The notes under the pieces were generated by a model, which was not told where the DNA came from, did no database searches, and worked only from the letters and a program-made list of their open reading frames with translations. Positions 37,416 through 46,940 of a stretch of 64,000 nt of DNA are shown one piece after another. Position numbers and translations under genes: made by a program. Source of the stretch: Candidatus Binatia bacterium (GTDB lineage: Bacteria; Desulfobacterota; Binatia; UBA9968; JAJDTQ01). Positions within the stretch are counted from its first letter, which is position 1; every line of letters starts with the position of its first letter. The stretch is taken from assembly GCA_963666515.2 (NCBI GenBank), contig OY762897.2, positions 4,224,001 to 4,288,000 on the forward strand, written 5' to 3'.

Positions 37416-37724
37416 CTAGTCCAGGTCGATGTCCTTGAGGGGCTTCTCGATGGGCTCGTCCTTGGCCTTCTTGAACAGCTCCTGGAACTTGCGGTCCAGC
37501 ACCTTGCCCTTGTCCTTTTCCGCGTGGAGGATGTCGCGGTACTTCTGATCGCGCTGGGTTGCCTCTTCCCGCAGCAGGCGGCCGGCGTCCTTGAGTTCCG
37601 GCGCCTTGTGCTGGGGCGGCGGCAGCTCGTGCCGCAGTACCACGGACAGCGCGGGGTCCACGAACAAGGTCGCGCCGCAGCAGGGGCAGTCCAGCTTGAT
37701 GGTCGTGGCTTCCTGGTCGGCCAT
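37416..37724 (-). CDS. Conserved-looking hypothetical protein with CPCC motif and charged helical tail
   Basis: Sequence MADQEATTIKLDCPCCGATLFVDP...KFQELFKKAKDEP. GAGG RBS. Confidence 0.7.
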   Translation of the reverse strand: MADQEATTIKLDCPCCGATLFVDPALSVVLRHELPPPQHKAPELKDAGRLLREEATQRDQKYRDILHAEKDKGKVLDRKFQELFKKAKDEPIEKPLKDIDLD

Positions 37725-37759
37725 GAGGTTTTCCTCGCTGTGCCGTAACCGGCGGCTTA

Positions 37760-38128
37760 CTAACCGCGCAGTTCGATCTGCTCGCCGTCCGGGCCGCCGA
37801 AGACGACCCGGCGCCAGCCTTCCTCCCGCGGCTCCCGCGCCGCGGTGCCGTGGGGCGCCCGCAGGAGCGGCACGCCGCGCCGTTGCAACTCCGCGACGGT
37901 CTCGTCGAAGTTGTCGGTCTCCAGGCAGAAATGGAACCCGGTCATGGAGCCGTCGCTCCGATGGGTCAGCTCCAGCACGGTGTCGCCAAGCTTGAGGTAC
38001 GCGATCTGCATCCCCGCGGTGGCTTGGTGCTGAAAATACTTCCGGAAGCCGAAGTTGTCCTCGTAGAAGGCGATGGTGCGGTCCAGGTCCGCGACGTGGA
38101 GCGCTACGTGGTCGATTCTCTTGAACAT
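37760..38128 (-). CDS. VOC/glyoxalase family protein
   Basis: Motifs IDHVALHV, VLEL, FHFCL and GPDGEQIEL. Confidence 0.88.
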   Translation of the reverse strand: MFKRIDHVALHVADLDRTIAFYEDNFGFRKYFQHQATAGMQIAYLKLGDTVLELTHRSDGSMTGFHFCLETDNFDETVAELQRRGVPLLRAPHGTAAREPREEGWRRVVFGGPDGEQIELRG

Positions 38129-38223
38129 GGCGATTTTCCCGCCCCACCTATAGCACGATTGCCGTCTCAAGTCCCACGGTTCCTTGCATCCGCTGCCTCG
38201 ATTCTGCAGCATGGATTCCGCCC

Positions 38224-38916
38224 ATGCCTGTCTATCGGTTGAACCGGAAACTCGCCTTTCCTTCGCCGCACGAAGCGGAGCCGAACGGGCTGCTGGCGGT
38301 GGGGGGCGACCTGGGCAGCGCACGTCTCCTGCTGGCTTACTCCATGGGCATCTTTCCCTGGTACAGCGAGGGTCAGCCGATCCTGTGGTGGTCTCCGGAC
38401 CCGCGGTGCGTCCTCGACCTCGACGACTTCCACGTTTCCAGGCGGCTGCGGCGCGTGTTGAACCAGGAGAGGTTCCGGGTCACGTTCGACGAGGACTTCG
38501 CGGGCGTGATCCGCGGCTGCGCGTCGGCCGGTCGGCCGGGTCAGGAAGGCACCTGGATCACCGCGGAGATGGAACGGGCTTACGTGCGGCTTCACGACGC
38601 GGGGCTGGCACACTCGGTGGAATGCCGGCTCGGCGAACGCCTGGTCGGGGGGATCTACGGCATCGCCCTGGGCAGGGGGTTTTTCGGCGAGTCGATGTTC
38701 CACCGGGAGACGGACGCCTCCAAGGTGGCGCTGGCGCGGCTGGTGGACCGGCTCACCGGCTGGGGCTTCCATTTCATCGACGCGCAGGTTACAACCTCCC
38801 ATATGCTAAGCCTCGGCGCGAGGGAGGTCCCCCGGAGGGATTTCCTCAAGAACCTGGACGACGCATTGCATTATCCGACCCGGCGCGGAAGCTGGCGGGA
38901 CGCGCACGAAGCCTGA
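38224..38916 (+). CDS. aat: Leucyl/phenylalanyl-tRNA--protein transferase
   Basis: Motifs GLLAVGGDL, AYSMGIFPW, WWSPDPR, FFGESMF and DASKVAL. Confidence 0.95.
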   Translation: MPVYRLNRKLAFPSPHEAEPNGLLAVGGDLGSARLLLAYSMGIFPWYSEGQPILWWSPDPRCVLDLDDFHVSRRLRRVLNQERFRVTFDEDFAGVIRGCASAGRPGQEGTWITAEMERAYVRLHDAGLAHSVECRLGERLVGGIYGIALGRGFFGESMFHRETDASKVALARLVDRLTGWGFHFIDAQVTTSHMLSLGAREVPRRDFLKNLDDALHYPTRRGSWRDAHEA

Positions 38917-38955
38917 ACGCGGGCACACGAACGACAGAGAAGGGAGGGGCCTCGG

Positions 38956-39141
38956 ATGGCCACGGTCAAGGAAGCGTTTAGCTGCAAATATCAGTCAACC
39001 AAGAATTCGGGAATCGAGGAAGCGAGCTTTTCGCCGGGAGACGAGGTGGAGGTGGTGAAGGAGTGGAGCAACGACATGTGCCTGGTGAAGAACGGCGACG
39101 GCGTGGTCTTCAACGTGCCGACGAAGAATCTCGATCTGTAA
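38956..39141 (+). CDS. Small SH3-like domain protein
   Basis: 61 aa with GGAGG RBS. Pattern EASFSPGDEVEVVKEW...GVVFNVP. Confidence 0.6.
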   Translation: MATVKEAFSCKYQSTKNSGIEEASFSPGDEVEVVKEWSNDMCLVKNGDGVVFNVPTKNLDL

Positions 39142-39167
39142 GGCGGCGGCCGGCAGGCCGCGGTCCG

Positions 39168-40400
39168 TCACGCGCCGCGGAACTCTTCGGGGAATAGCCT
39201 GACGGCGCTCTCGATGGGCGGGCCCGGCATGTTGATCAGGCTGCAGAACCCCTTCCCCTTGTTGAAGGCGATCACCTTCCCGAACTGCTCCACCAGCGCA
39301 TCGTTCCCCTCACCCTGCTGAACCTTCCTGAGCAGGGCGACCAGCATGTTCGTCTCCATGCGGCAGGCCGGGCACTGGCCGCAGGACTCCTTTGCGAAGA
39401 AGTCCGCGATGCGCGCCACCTCATCCACCACCGAGTCGCCTTCGGTGAGCACCTTGACCACGCCGCACCCGATGGACGAGCCGGCCTCGCGCAGGGAATC
39501 GTGGTCCAGCGGCAGGTCGAGGTTGTCGGGCAGCAGGAACCCCGATGACGGGCCTCCCGGCAGGATGGCCTTGATGCGCTTGCCGTTCTTCAGGCCGCCG
39601 CCGCATTCCTCGATCAGGTGGCGCAGGGGGGTCCCCAGGGGCAGCTCGTAGACGCCGGGCCGCTCCATCTCGTCTCCCAGCGAGAAGATCATGGTGCCGG
39701 GGCTGTCGCCCGCGCCGAAGGAACGGAACCACTCCGGGCCCTTGGCGACGATGGGCGCGATGTTGGCCAGCGTCTCCACGTTGTTCACGAGGCTGGGCTT
39801 GCCGAACAGGCCCTCGGTGACCGGGAAGGGCGGCTTCTGCCGGGGCAGGGGCTCCTTGCCTTCGATCACTTCCAGGGCTGCGGTGTCCTCCCCGGCCACA
39901 TAGTTCGACGGCGCGGCCACGGTCACGATCTCGAGGCTGAAACCGGAACCGGCGATGTCTTCGCCCCAGTAGCCGGCCTCCCGGGCTTCCCGCATGGCGA
40001 TCTCCACCGCAGCCGTGGCCGCCTCGTAGCCGTGGTTGATGTAGAGGTAGGCTTTCTCCGCCTGCACCGCGTAGGCCGCGAGGATGATGCCGTCCAGGAG
40101 AAGGTGGGGGACGTTCTCCATGAGCACGCGGTCCTTGTGGCTGCCGGGCTCGTCCTCGCCGCCGTTCATGACCACGTAGTGGGGAGTTTCGGGACATTCC
40201 AGGGTGAGGGCGAGCTTCCGGCCGGTGGGGAATCCGGCGCCGCCCCGGCCGCGCAGGCCCGAGGCCTCCACCTTGGCGATGACGTCCTGGGGGGACAGTT
40301 CTCCCAGACGGCCGACGGCCTCGTAGCCGCCTCTCGCGCGATAGGCGTCGAGCCCCTCGAGCCCCTCCACGACGCCTCGCGGGAACAGGATGCCTTCCAT
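39168..40400 (-). CDS. NuoF/HoxF-like NADH-binding flavoprotein with 4Fe-4S
   Basis: Motifs SGLRGRGGAGFPTG, DEPGSHKDR, YVAGEDTA, NNVETLA and ESCGQCPAC...FC. Confidence 0.9.
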   Translation of the reverse strand: MEGILFPRGVVEGLEGLDAYRARGGYEAVGRLGELSPQDVIAKVEASGLRGRGGAGFPTGRKLALTLECPETPHYVVMNGGEDEPGSHKDRVLMENVPHLLLDGIILAAYAVQAEKAYLYINHGYEAATAAVEIAMREAREAGYWGEDIAGSGFSLEIVTVAAPSNYVAGEDTAALEVIEGKEPLPRQKPPFPVTEGLFGKPSLVNNVETLANIAPIVAKGPEWFRSFGAGDSPGTMIFSLGDEMERPGVYELPLGTPLRHLIEECGGGLKNGKRIKAILPGGPSSGFLLPDNLDLPLDHDSLREAGSSIGCGVVKVLTEGDSVVDEVARIADFFAKESCGQCPACRMETNMLVALLRKVQQGEGNDALVEQFGKVIAFNKGKGFCSLINMPGPPIESAVRLFPEEFRGA

Positions 40401-40405
40401 GACGG

Positions 40406-40729
40406 CTAAAAGACCCCGGTGTCGAGCAACTGGTAGATGAGTTCCTTGAGGGAAGGGTCGATCTTGTCCAGCCGGTCCACCTGCGGTCCGCCGGCCAAGT
40501 GCGCGACGATGTCGTCCACGTCTTCGCTCTTCACCCCGGCGTACCAGTACTTGTCGGGGTAGAGGACCATGTTGGGGCCTTCCTGGCAGGCGCCGAAGCA
40601 CATGTAGGAACGCACCTCCACGTCTTCCAGTCCCTTGGCCGCCACCCGCTCCTGCAGCTCCTTCATCAGTTCTTCGGAGCCTCGGCTCTTGCAGTCGACA
40701 TTCTGGCAGACGAGGCAGAATCGATTCAC
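40406..40729 (-). CDS. Thioredoxin-like (NuoE-type) 2Fe-2S ferredoxin
   Basis: Motif VCQNVDC...CFGACQEGP..YPD..WY. GTG start after AAGGA. Confidence 0.88.
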   Translation of the reverse strand: MNRFCLVCQNVDCKSRGSEELMKELQERVAAKGLEDVEVRSYMCFGACQEGPNMVLYPDKYWYAGVKSEDVDDIVAHLAGGPQVDRLDKIDPSLKELIYQLLDTGVF

Positions 40730-40992
40730 AGGGTTTTCCTTGCCGGCAGGACCGGTTCGTCCGAAGAACCCGGTCCTTGTCCTTGAAGTATCGTTCAGGA
40801 CGGCTCGTCCCCGGCGCCGGGAGGCGCCTCGGAAAGATGTTTCCCATATTCCGACTCGGAGAGCAAATGGCGCGGCGTTCCGTGCCGGATTTCTCCCGTC
40901 TGCCCTTTTCTTTGGCCCGGATTTGTGAAACAAACACAGCTTCGATGTCGGCATGCGTCTTGCGACGTGAAAGAAAGCTCAGGAGGCTCGTT

Positions 40993-42027
40993 ATGATCAG
41001 TCGATTTCTCCGTGTAGTCATGGTTTCGGCGCTTGTCCTTGCGTTGGTCCCGTCTCTCGCCGCGGGTGCGGATGACTTCTTCAAGGGCAAGACCATCCGT
41101 TTCGTGGTAGGGTTCTCGCCAGGCGGCGGTTTCGACACCTACACCCGGTTCATCGCCCGCCATTTCGGCAAGCACGTGCCCGGCAACCCCCGGACGGTGG
41201 TTCAGAACCGCACCGGTGCCGGCAGCATGATCGCCGCCAACTACATCTACAACAGGGCCAAACCCGACGGCCTGACCGTCGGCAACTGGATCGGCCCCCT
41301 GGTGCTGCAGCACGTTCTCGGCAAGAAGGGGGTCAAGTTCGACGGCCGCAAGTTCAACTGGCTCGGCGTGCCGTCCACCGACGACAACACCTGCGCGCTC
41401 ACCAAGGCCAGCGGCATCAACAACGTCAAGGACTGGCTGAACTCCAAGCGACCGATCAAGATCGGCGCTACCGGTCCGGGCTCGACCACCGATGACGTGC
41501 CCAAGCTGATCAAGGCCGCGACCGACCTGCCGATGCAGATCATCGAGGGCTACGGCGGCACCGCGATCATACGCGTGGCCGCGGAGAAGGGCGAGATCGA
41601 CGGCGGCTGCTGGGCATGGCAGTCCATCAAGCCGACCTGGCGGCAGGGCATCGAGAGCGGCAACGTCAAGCCCGTGCTCCAGGTGGGTCCCGCCAAGCAC
41701 GCGGACCTGAAGGACGTGGGCGTGGCCTTCGACCTGGTCAAGGACGAGACCGGCAAGAAGCTCCTGGGGGTGGCCGCCGACGTCTACCGTGGCCTGTCGC
41801 GCCCTTACAGCTTGCCGCCCGGAACGCCTGCGGACCGGGTAAAGACTCTTCAGAAGGCGTTCATGGCTACCTTGAACGATCCCGAGCTGAAGGCCGAGGC
41901 CAAAAAGGCGAAGCTGGAGTTGAACCCGAACGACGGCAACTGGGTCGCCAAGAAGATGAGCGGGCTCTACAGCATGGATGACGCGACGCTGTCCCTGTTG
42001 AAGGAAGTCCTGTTGCCGAAGAAGTAG
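40993..42027 (+). CDS. TctC/Bug substrate-binding protein
   Basis: AGGAGG RBS, signal peptide, FKGKTIRFVVGFSPGGGFDTY and AKPDGLT. Confidence 0.92.
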   Translation: MISRFLRVVMVSALVLALVPSLAAGADDFFKGKTIRFVVGFSPGGGFDTYTRFIARHFGKHVPGNPRTVVQNRTGAGSMIAANYIYNRAKPDGLTVGNWIGPLVLQHVLGKKGVKFDGRKFNWLGVPSTDDNTCALTKASGINNVKDWLNSKRPIKIGATGPGSTTDDVPKLIKAATDLPMQIIEGYGGTAIIRVAAEKGEIDGGCWAWQSIKPTWRQGIESGNVKPVLQVGPAKHADLKDVGVAFDLVKDETGKKLLGVAADVYRGLSRPYSLPPGTPADRVKTLQKAFMATLNDPELKAEAKKAKLELNPNDGNWVAKKMSGLYSMDDATLSLLKEVLLPKK

Positions 42028-42053
42028 TTACTTACGCATAAAAGTTACGCGTC

Positions 42054-44078
42054 ATGGGCGAAATGGTTCAGGCCTTCGGGGCCGGTCTCGCACAGGTTTT
42101 CACGGCGACCACCTTTACGCTCATGATGCTGGGCATCGTGATCGGCTTCGCCGTGGGCATCCTGCCCGGACTGGGCGGGCCGGTCACGTTGGCGCTGATG
42201 CTGCCGTTCATCTTCAAGATGGAGGCAGTGGAGGCGTTCGCCTTCCTCCTGGGCATGTCCGCGGTCACGGCCACCACCGGGGACATCACGTCCATCCTGT
42301 TCGGCATTCCGGGAGAAGCCATTACCGCGTCCACCATCGTGGACGGCCACCCCATGGCCAAGAAGGGGGAGGCCGGGCGCGCTCTGGGCGCCTCGCTCAT
42401 GAGCTCGCTGGTGGGGGCGGTCTTCGGCGCCTTCGCCCTGGCCTTGGCCATCCCCATCGTCCGTCCCCTGGTGCTGGCCATCGGCTCGCCGGAATTCTTC
42501 ATGCTGGCGCTCCTTGGGGTCACCTTCCTGGCTGCATTGAGCGGTGAGGCCGTCATACGAGGCCTCACCGCCGCCGCCGTCGGGCTCATGCTTGCCACCG
42601 TCGGACTCGATCCGATCTCCGGCATCGAGAGGTTCACCTTCGACAACCTCTATCTATGGGACGGCATCAACCTGGTCCCGGTGACTCTCGGCCTGTTCGC
42701 CATCCCCGAGGTCATCGATCTGTCGGTCAAGGGTTCGAGCATCGCAGAGGAGAAAATCGAGAAGTTGGGCGGCGTGATGGAGGGCGTCAAGGATACCTTT
42801 CGTCACTACGCCCTGGTGCTGCGCTGCAGCGCCATCGGCACCTACATCGGCATCATTCCCGGCATGGGCGGAGCCGTCTCCCAGTGGGTCGCCTACGCCC
42901 ACGCGGTGCAAAGCTCGCCCGACAAGGAGCGCTTCGGCAAGGGGGCGGTGGAAGGCGTGCTGGGCCCGGGCGCGGCCAACAACTCGAACCTCGGCGGCGC
43001 GCTGGTGCCCACCATTGCCTTCGGTGTGCCGGGCAGCGTCACCATGGCCATCCTGCTGGGGGCGTTCATCATCCAGGGTCTCGTGCCGGGACCGCCGATG
43101 CTGGAGCCGGCCAGCCGGGGAGGCAACCTCGAACTTACGTTCTCGTTCGTGTGGATCGTGGTGGTCTCGAACATCATCACCGTCTCCATCTGCTTCATCT
43201 TCCTCAAGCAGCTTGCGCGCATCACCGAGGTGCGGGGCAGCCTGGTGCTGCCGTTCCTGCTGGTGCTCATCTACCTGGGCGGCTTCGCCCAGAACAACGC
43301 CTTCGAGGACCTCATCGTGGTGCTGGCCTTCGGGCTCCTGGGCTGGGTCATGGTGCAGCTCGACTGGCCGCGGCCGCCGCTGCTGCTGGGTCTGGTGCTG
43401 GGCTCGCTGGCGGAGAAGAACCTCTTCCTCGCCACCGACAACTACGGCTGGGTGTGGGTGGGCTTTCCCGGTGTCCTGATCATCGGAGCGATCATCCTGG
43501 CGGGCATCCTCTATCCGGTCTACCAGCGGCGTCGCGATGACAAAAGGAAGGCCGCCGGAGCCCCGCCCGCGGCCGTCCCCGTACCGGAGGCGGAGGCAGC
43601 CGAGGGCCCCAAGACCCTCAGCGCCTGGCATATCGTCTTCACGGCCGTGCTGCTGGCGGGTTTCACATGGGGCGTATGGGAGGCGAGGGACTGGGGCTTC
43701 CGCGCCAGCCTGTTCCCCTGGGTCATCGGCTTTCCCGGCATCGTGCTTGCCCTGGCCCAGCTCGAGATCGACGCCGTCGGCTTTCTGAAGCAGCGCAGGG
43801 CGGCGGCGCCGTCCGTGGGCCTGAACCCGGTGGTGGTAAGGCGGACATTGGCCATCGTGGGGTGGATCCTCGGCTTTTTCGTCTCCATCTGGCTCCTGGG
43901 CTTCTCCATCACGGTCCCGCTTTGCACCTTCCTCTTCCTCAAGGTGGGGGCTGCGGAGAATTGGTTCATCAGCGTCCTGCTGACGCTGTTGGCGTGGGTG
44001 GGATTCTATTTCGTCTTCGTCTACTCGCTGAGCCTGCCGTTCCCGCCCGGAACGCTCGTCGAGATGTTCACGGGATAG
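42054..44078 (+). CDS. Tripartite tricarboxylate transporter permease TctA fused to C-terminal TctB-like domain
   Basis: TctA motifs GILPGLG, VDGHPMAKKG, AANN...PTIAFGVPG and GLVPGP. A Pro/Ala linker then a further ~4-TM domain ending LPFP.G. Confidence 0.88.
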   Translation: MGEMVQAFGAGLAQVFTATTFTLMMLGIVIGFAVGILPGLGGPVTLALMLPFIFKMEAVEAFAFLLGMSAVTATTGDITSILFGIPGEAITASTIVDGHPMAKKGEAGRALGASLMSSLVGAVFGAFALALAIPIVRPLVLAIGSPEFFMLALLGVTFLAALSGEAVIRGLTAAAVGLMLATVGLDPISGIERFTFDNLYLWDGINLVPVTLGLFAIPEVIDLSVKGSSIAEEKIEKLGGVMEGVKDTFRHYALVLRCSAIGTYIGIIPGMGGAVSQWVAYAHAVQSSPDKERFGKGAVEGVLGPGAANNSNLGGALVPTIAFGVPGSVTMAILLGAFIIQGLVPGPPMLEPASRGGNLELTFSFVWIVVVSNIITVSICFIFLKQLARITEVRGSLVLPFLLVLIYLGGFAQNNAFEDLIVVLAFGLLGWVMVQLDWPRPPLLLGLVLGSLAEKNLFLATDNYGWVWVGFPGVLIIGAIILAGILYPVYQRRRDDKRKAAGAPPAAVPVPEAEAAEGPKTLSAWHIVFTAVLLAGFTWGVWEARDWGFRASLFPWVIGFPGIVLALAQLEIDAVGFLKQRRAAAPSVGLNPVVVRRTLAIVGWILGFFVSIWLLGFSITVPLCTFLFLKVGAAENWFISVLLTLLAWVGFYFVFVYSLSLPFPPGTLVEMFTG

Positions 44079-44126
44079 CAGTCCGCAGCCGGATTCCGCT
44101 CCGGTGAATTCCGGGGCGCACGATGA

Positions 44127-44156
44127 TTGACAGTGGCCGAGGGATGGGACTAGGTT
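44127..44156 (+). promoter_or_regulatory. Putative sigma70 promoter of LLM-tctC
   Basis: TTGACA-18 nt-TAGGTT. Confidence 0.5.
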
Positions 44157-44210
44157 AACCGTTCAACTCCGGTGCCCCGTCGCCTGCGCCCGCAAAGGAG
44201 ATCGATCCTG

Positions 44211-45353
44211 ATGAAAGTGTACAACTTCGACCTTTTGGCCTATCCGGAGGTCCCCGAGGACGTTCCCGGAACACCCGTTCCGAGCTCCTATTTCGATCCG
44301 CCTGTGGGCTCGCGCAACTACCGGGAACACCTGGACGAGATGGCCTACTGCGAGGAGCTGGGGTTCGAGGGGGTGGTCTTCAACGAGCACCACTACAGCG
44401 CCTACGGCACCATGCCGTCGCCCAACCTCATCGCCGCGGCCCTGAGCCAGAAGACGAAGCACATCAAGATCGGCGTCCTCGGCAACATCCTGCCGTTGCG
44501 CCAGCATCCCGTGCGCGTGGCCGAAGAGTACGCCATGATCGACTGCCTGTCCGAAGGCCGCCTGATCGCCGGGTTCGTGCGCGGCATTCCCTCGGAGTAC
44601 CTCTGGTACAACGTCAAGCCCCAGGAGTCCCGGGGGCGGTTCGGCGAAGCCTTCGACGTCATCATGAGAGCCTGGACCGAGCCGGTGTGGAGCTACGAGG
44701 GCGAGTTCTTCCAGTTCGAGAACTGCGCCATCTGGCCGCGGCCGGTGCAGCAGCCGCACCCGCCCATCTGGGTGGCCGCGCGCAGCGCCGAGTCCATCGA
44801 GTGGTGCGTCAAGCGCAAGGTCCCCATCGCGCAGGTGTACCAGACCACCGACCAGATCGAGGACACGTTCAACTACTACCGCAAGGTGGCCGGCGACGAC
44901 GGTTGGGAGAGCGGACCCGACAAGTTCGTGCTCTGCCGTCATATCTACGTGGGCGAGACCGACGAGAAGGCCCGCGCCGAGGCCGAGCCGCCGTTGAGGT
45001 ATTTTTTCACGTTGTGGAACCGCGGCTTCAACGAGGCCAAGACGGAGATTGCCGCGGACCAGCAGAAGGTCAAGGCAGCCATGGTCAGCGCCAGGTCCGC
45101 CAGCTACTTCCGCCCCGGCAACGAGGAACGGGTCAACTTCCACCCCATGAGCTGGAAGCAACTCATCGACAGCGGGTTCGTCATCGCCGGCAGCCCGGAC
45201 ACGGTGGCGCGGCAGGTCAACCAGCAGATGAGCCAGATCGGCGCCGACCACTTCATGGGCATGTTCCACATCGGCAACCTCGCCCACGACAAGGTTATCG
45301 ATTCCCTGAACCTGTTCCACAAGGAGGTCATGCCGAGGCTGAACGGCGCTTGA
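44211..45353 (+). CDS. LLM class flavin-dependent oxidoreductase
   Basis: Motifs LGFEGVVFNEHH, HPVRVAEEYAMID..SEGRL, WPRPVQQPHPPIW and AGSPDTV. Confidence 0.92.
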   Translation: MKVYNFDLLAYPEVPEDVPGTPVPSSYFDPPVGSRNYREHLDEMAYCEELGFEGVVFNEHHYSAYGTMPSPNLIAAALSQKTKHIKIGVLGNILPLRQHPVRVAEEYAMIDCLSEGRLIAGFVRGIPSEYLWYNVKPQESRGRFGEAFDVIMRAWTEPVWSYEGEFFQFENCAIWPRPVQQPHPPIWVAARSAESIEWCVKRKVPIAQVYQTTDQIEDTFNYYRKVAGDDGWESGPDKFVLCRHIYVGETDEKARAEAEPPLRYFFTLWNRGFNEAKTEIAADQQKVKAAMVSARSASYFRPGNEERVNFHPMSWKQLIDSGFVIAGSPDTVARQVNQQMSQIGADHFMGMFHIGNLAHDKVIDSLNLFHKEVMPRLNGA

Positions 45354-45416
45354 GCCGAAGCAGGCCCGCGCGCGCACTTCACGACCCCGCGCCCTGGTGC
45401 CCGGAGACCGCAAGCC

Positions 45417-46469
45417 GTGGCGATTCTGTCAAAGGGTCTTCTCGCAGCCGCACTGATCGCGGCGCTCCCGCCGTTGTTCTTCGCCACGGATGCCTCGGCC
45501 CAGGCGGGCAACTTCACTTTCGTGGTGGGCGCAGGCGCCGGAAGCGTCTTCGACCGCTACACCCGCACCCTCGCCCGTTACATCGGCCGCCATCTACCGG
45601 ACCGTCCCAAGGTGGCGGTGCGGAACCTGGCCGGCGGCGGCGGCAGCGTTGCCGCCGAATATCTCTACAAGGCCAAGCCCGACGGGCGGACGGTGGGCAA
45701 CTGGGCGGGCGACCTCATTCACAAGCAGATATTCGGCAGAGCGGAAGTGCAGCTCGACACGCGGCGGTTCGGGTGGGTGGGCGCCGTATCGACGCTTCAC
45801 CCCGTCTGCGTCCTCACCAAGGCCAGCGGCATCGGCGATCTGGCCGCCTGGGCCGGCGCCAAGAAGCCCGTCAAGCTCGGAGGCATCGGCAGCGATGAAG
45901 CCGCCTCCAACATGTCGCGGGTGGTCGGCGCCGCCCTGGGCCTGCCGGTCAAGCTCATCGGCGGCTACAAGGGCCCGGTGAACGTGCGTCTCGCCGCCGG
46001 CAACCGGGAAGTGGAAGGCGGTTGCTGGTACTGGCAGGCGGTCAGGAAGGCGTGGCGGAAGATGCTGGCCGCCAGGGAAGCGCAGGTGGTGCTGCAGGCC
46101 ATGGCCAAGCCCCATCCGGACCTGCAATCGGTGCCCAACGCGGTGGATCTGGCCAAGTCCCAGGACGCTCGCACGCTGCTCGTGTACGGCGTCCACGACC
46201 CGGCGAAGCTCGCGCGGGCCTATTCGGTTCCTCCCGGGACTCCCGAGACGCGGGTCACCCTGCTGAGAAAGGCGTTTGCCGACACCGTCGCCGACCCTGC
46301 GTTCGTCGCCGAAGCCAACGGCCAGGGCCTGGAAGTCCGCCCGGTGGACGGCGCCGAGATCGACAAGACGGTGAAGCAACTGTTCGAGTTGGATCCGAAG
46401 CTCATCGTGCAACTCCGCAAGGTGCTCTTTCCCGAGAAGTCCGCGGGCGAAGCGCCGCCACAGAAGTGA
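45417..46469 (+). CDS. TctC/Bug substrate-binding protein (divergent)
   Basis: Signal peptide, VVGAGAGSVFDRY, AKPDGRT and PPGTP. Confidence 0.85.
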   Translation: MAILSKGLLAAALIAALPPLFFATDASAQAGNFTFVVGAGAGSVFDRYTRTLARYIGRHLPDRPKVAVRNLAGGGGSVAAEYLYKAKPDGRTVGNWAGDLIHKQIFGRAEVQLDTRRFGWVGAVSTLHPVCVLTKASGIGDLAAWAGAKKPVKLGGIGSDEAASNMSRVVGAALGLPVKLIGGYKGPVNVRLAAGNREVEGGCWYWQAVRKAWRKMLAAREAQVVLQAMAKPHPDLQSVPNAVDLAKSQDARTLLVYGVHDPAKLARAYSVPPGTPETRVTLLRKAFADTVADPAFVAEANGQGLEVRPVDGAEIDKTVKQLFELDPKLIVQLRKVLFPEKSAGEAPPQK

Positions 46470-46925
46470 CTACGCCTCCTTCCCGCGGATCAGCCTTTCC
46501 ACCGTGTACTCCATGACCGTCTCGCCGCGCTGGTTGGCCACCACCTGCCGGCAGCGGACGATGCCGGCGTTGCGGGACTTGGTCCGGCGGCTTTCGAGCA
46601 CCTCGATCTCGACCCCGATGGTGTCGCCCACCTTGACCGGCCGGAACAGCCGCATGCCCCGGAGGCCGACGAAAGCCAGCCCCGTGCCGTGGATCATGCC
46701 GGTCTGGGTGGTCAGCCCCTCCGCCATGGCGAAGGTGAGGCTCCCCGGAGCGATGCGCCCGCCGTACTCGGTCTTGTCCCGCATGTACTCGGCGTCCATG
46801 AACAAGGGTTCCGTGAGACCGGCGAGGTTGACGAACTGCACCACGTCGGTCTCCGTGACCGTGCGCCGGGCGGTTCGGTGGACGTCGCCCGGCCGAAACT
46901 CTTCGAAGGTCATCCCGTGTCGCAT
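46470..46925 (-). CDS. MaoC family dehydratase
   Basis: Motifs FEEFRPG...RTVTETD, RIAPG and PVKVGDTI. Confidence 0.88.
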   Translation of the reverse strand: MRHGMTFEEFRPGDVHRTARRTVTETDVVQFVNLAGLTEPLFMDAEYMRDKTEYGGRIAPGSLTFAMAEGLTTQTGMIHGTGLAFVGLRGMRLFRPVKVGDTIGVEIEVLESRRTKSRNAGIVRCRQVVANQRGETVMEYTVERLIRGKEA

Positions 46926-46940
46926 GCCTGATTCCCTCGT

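Noticed and set aside
40401-41138. N-terminal extension of the 656-aa NuoF ORF
   Set aside because: It overlaps the ferredoxin in another frame and tctC on the other strand. NuoF homology begins at MEGILFP (40400).
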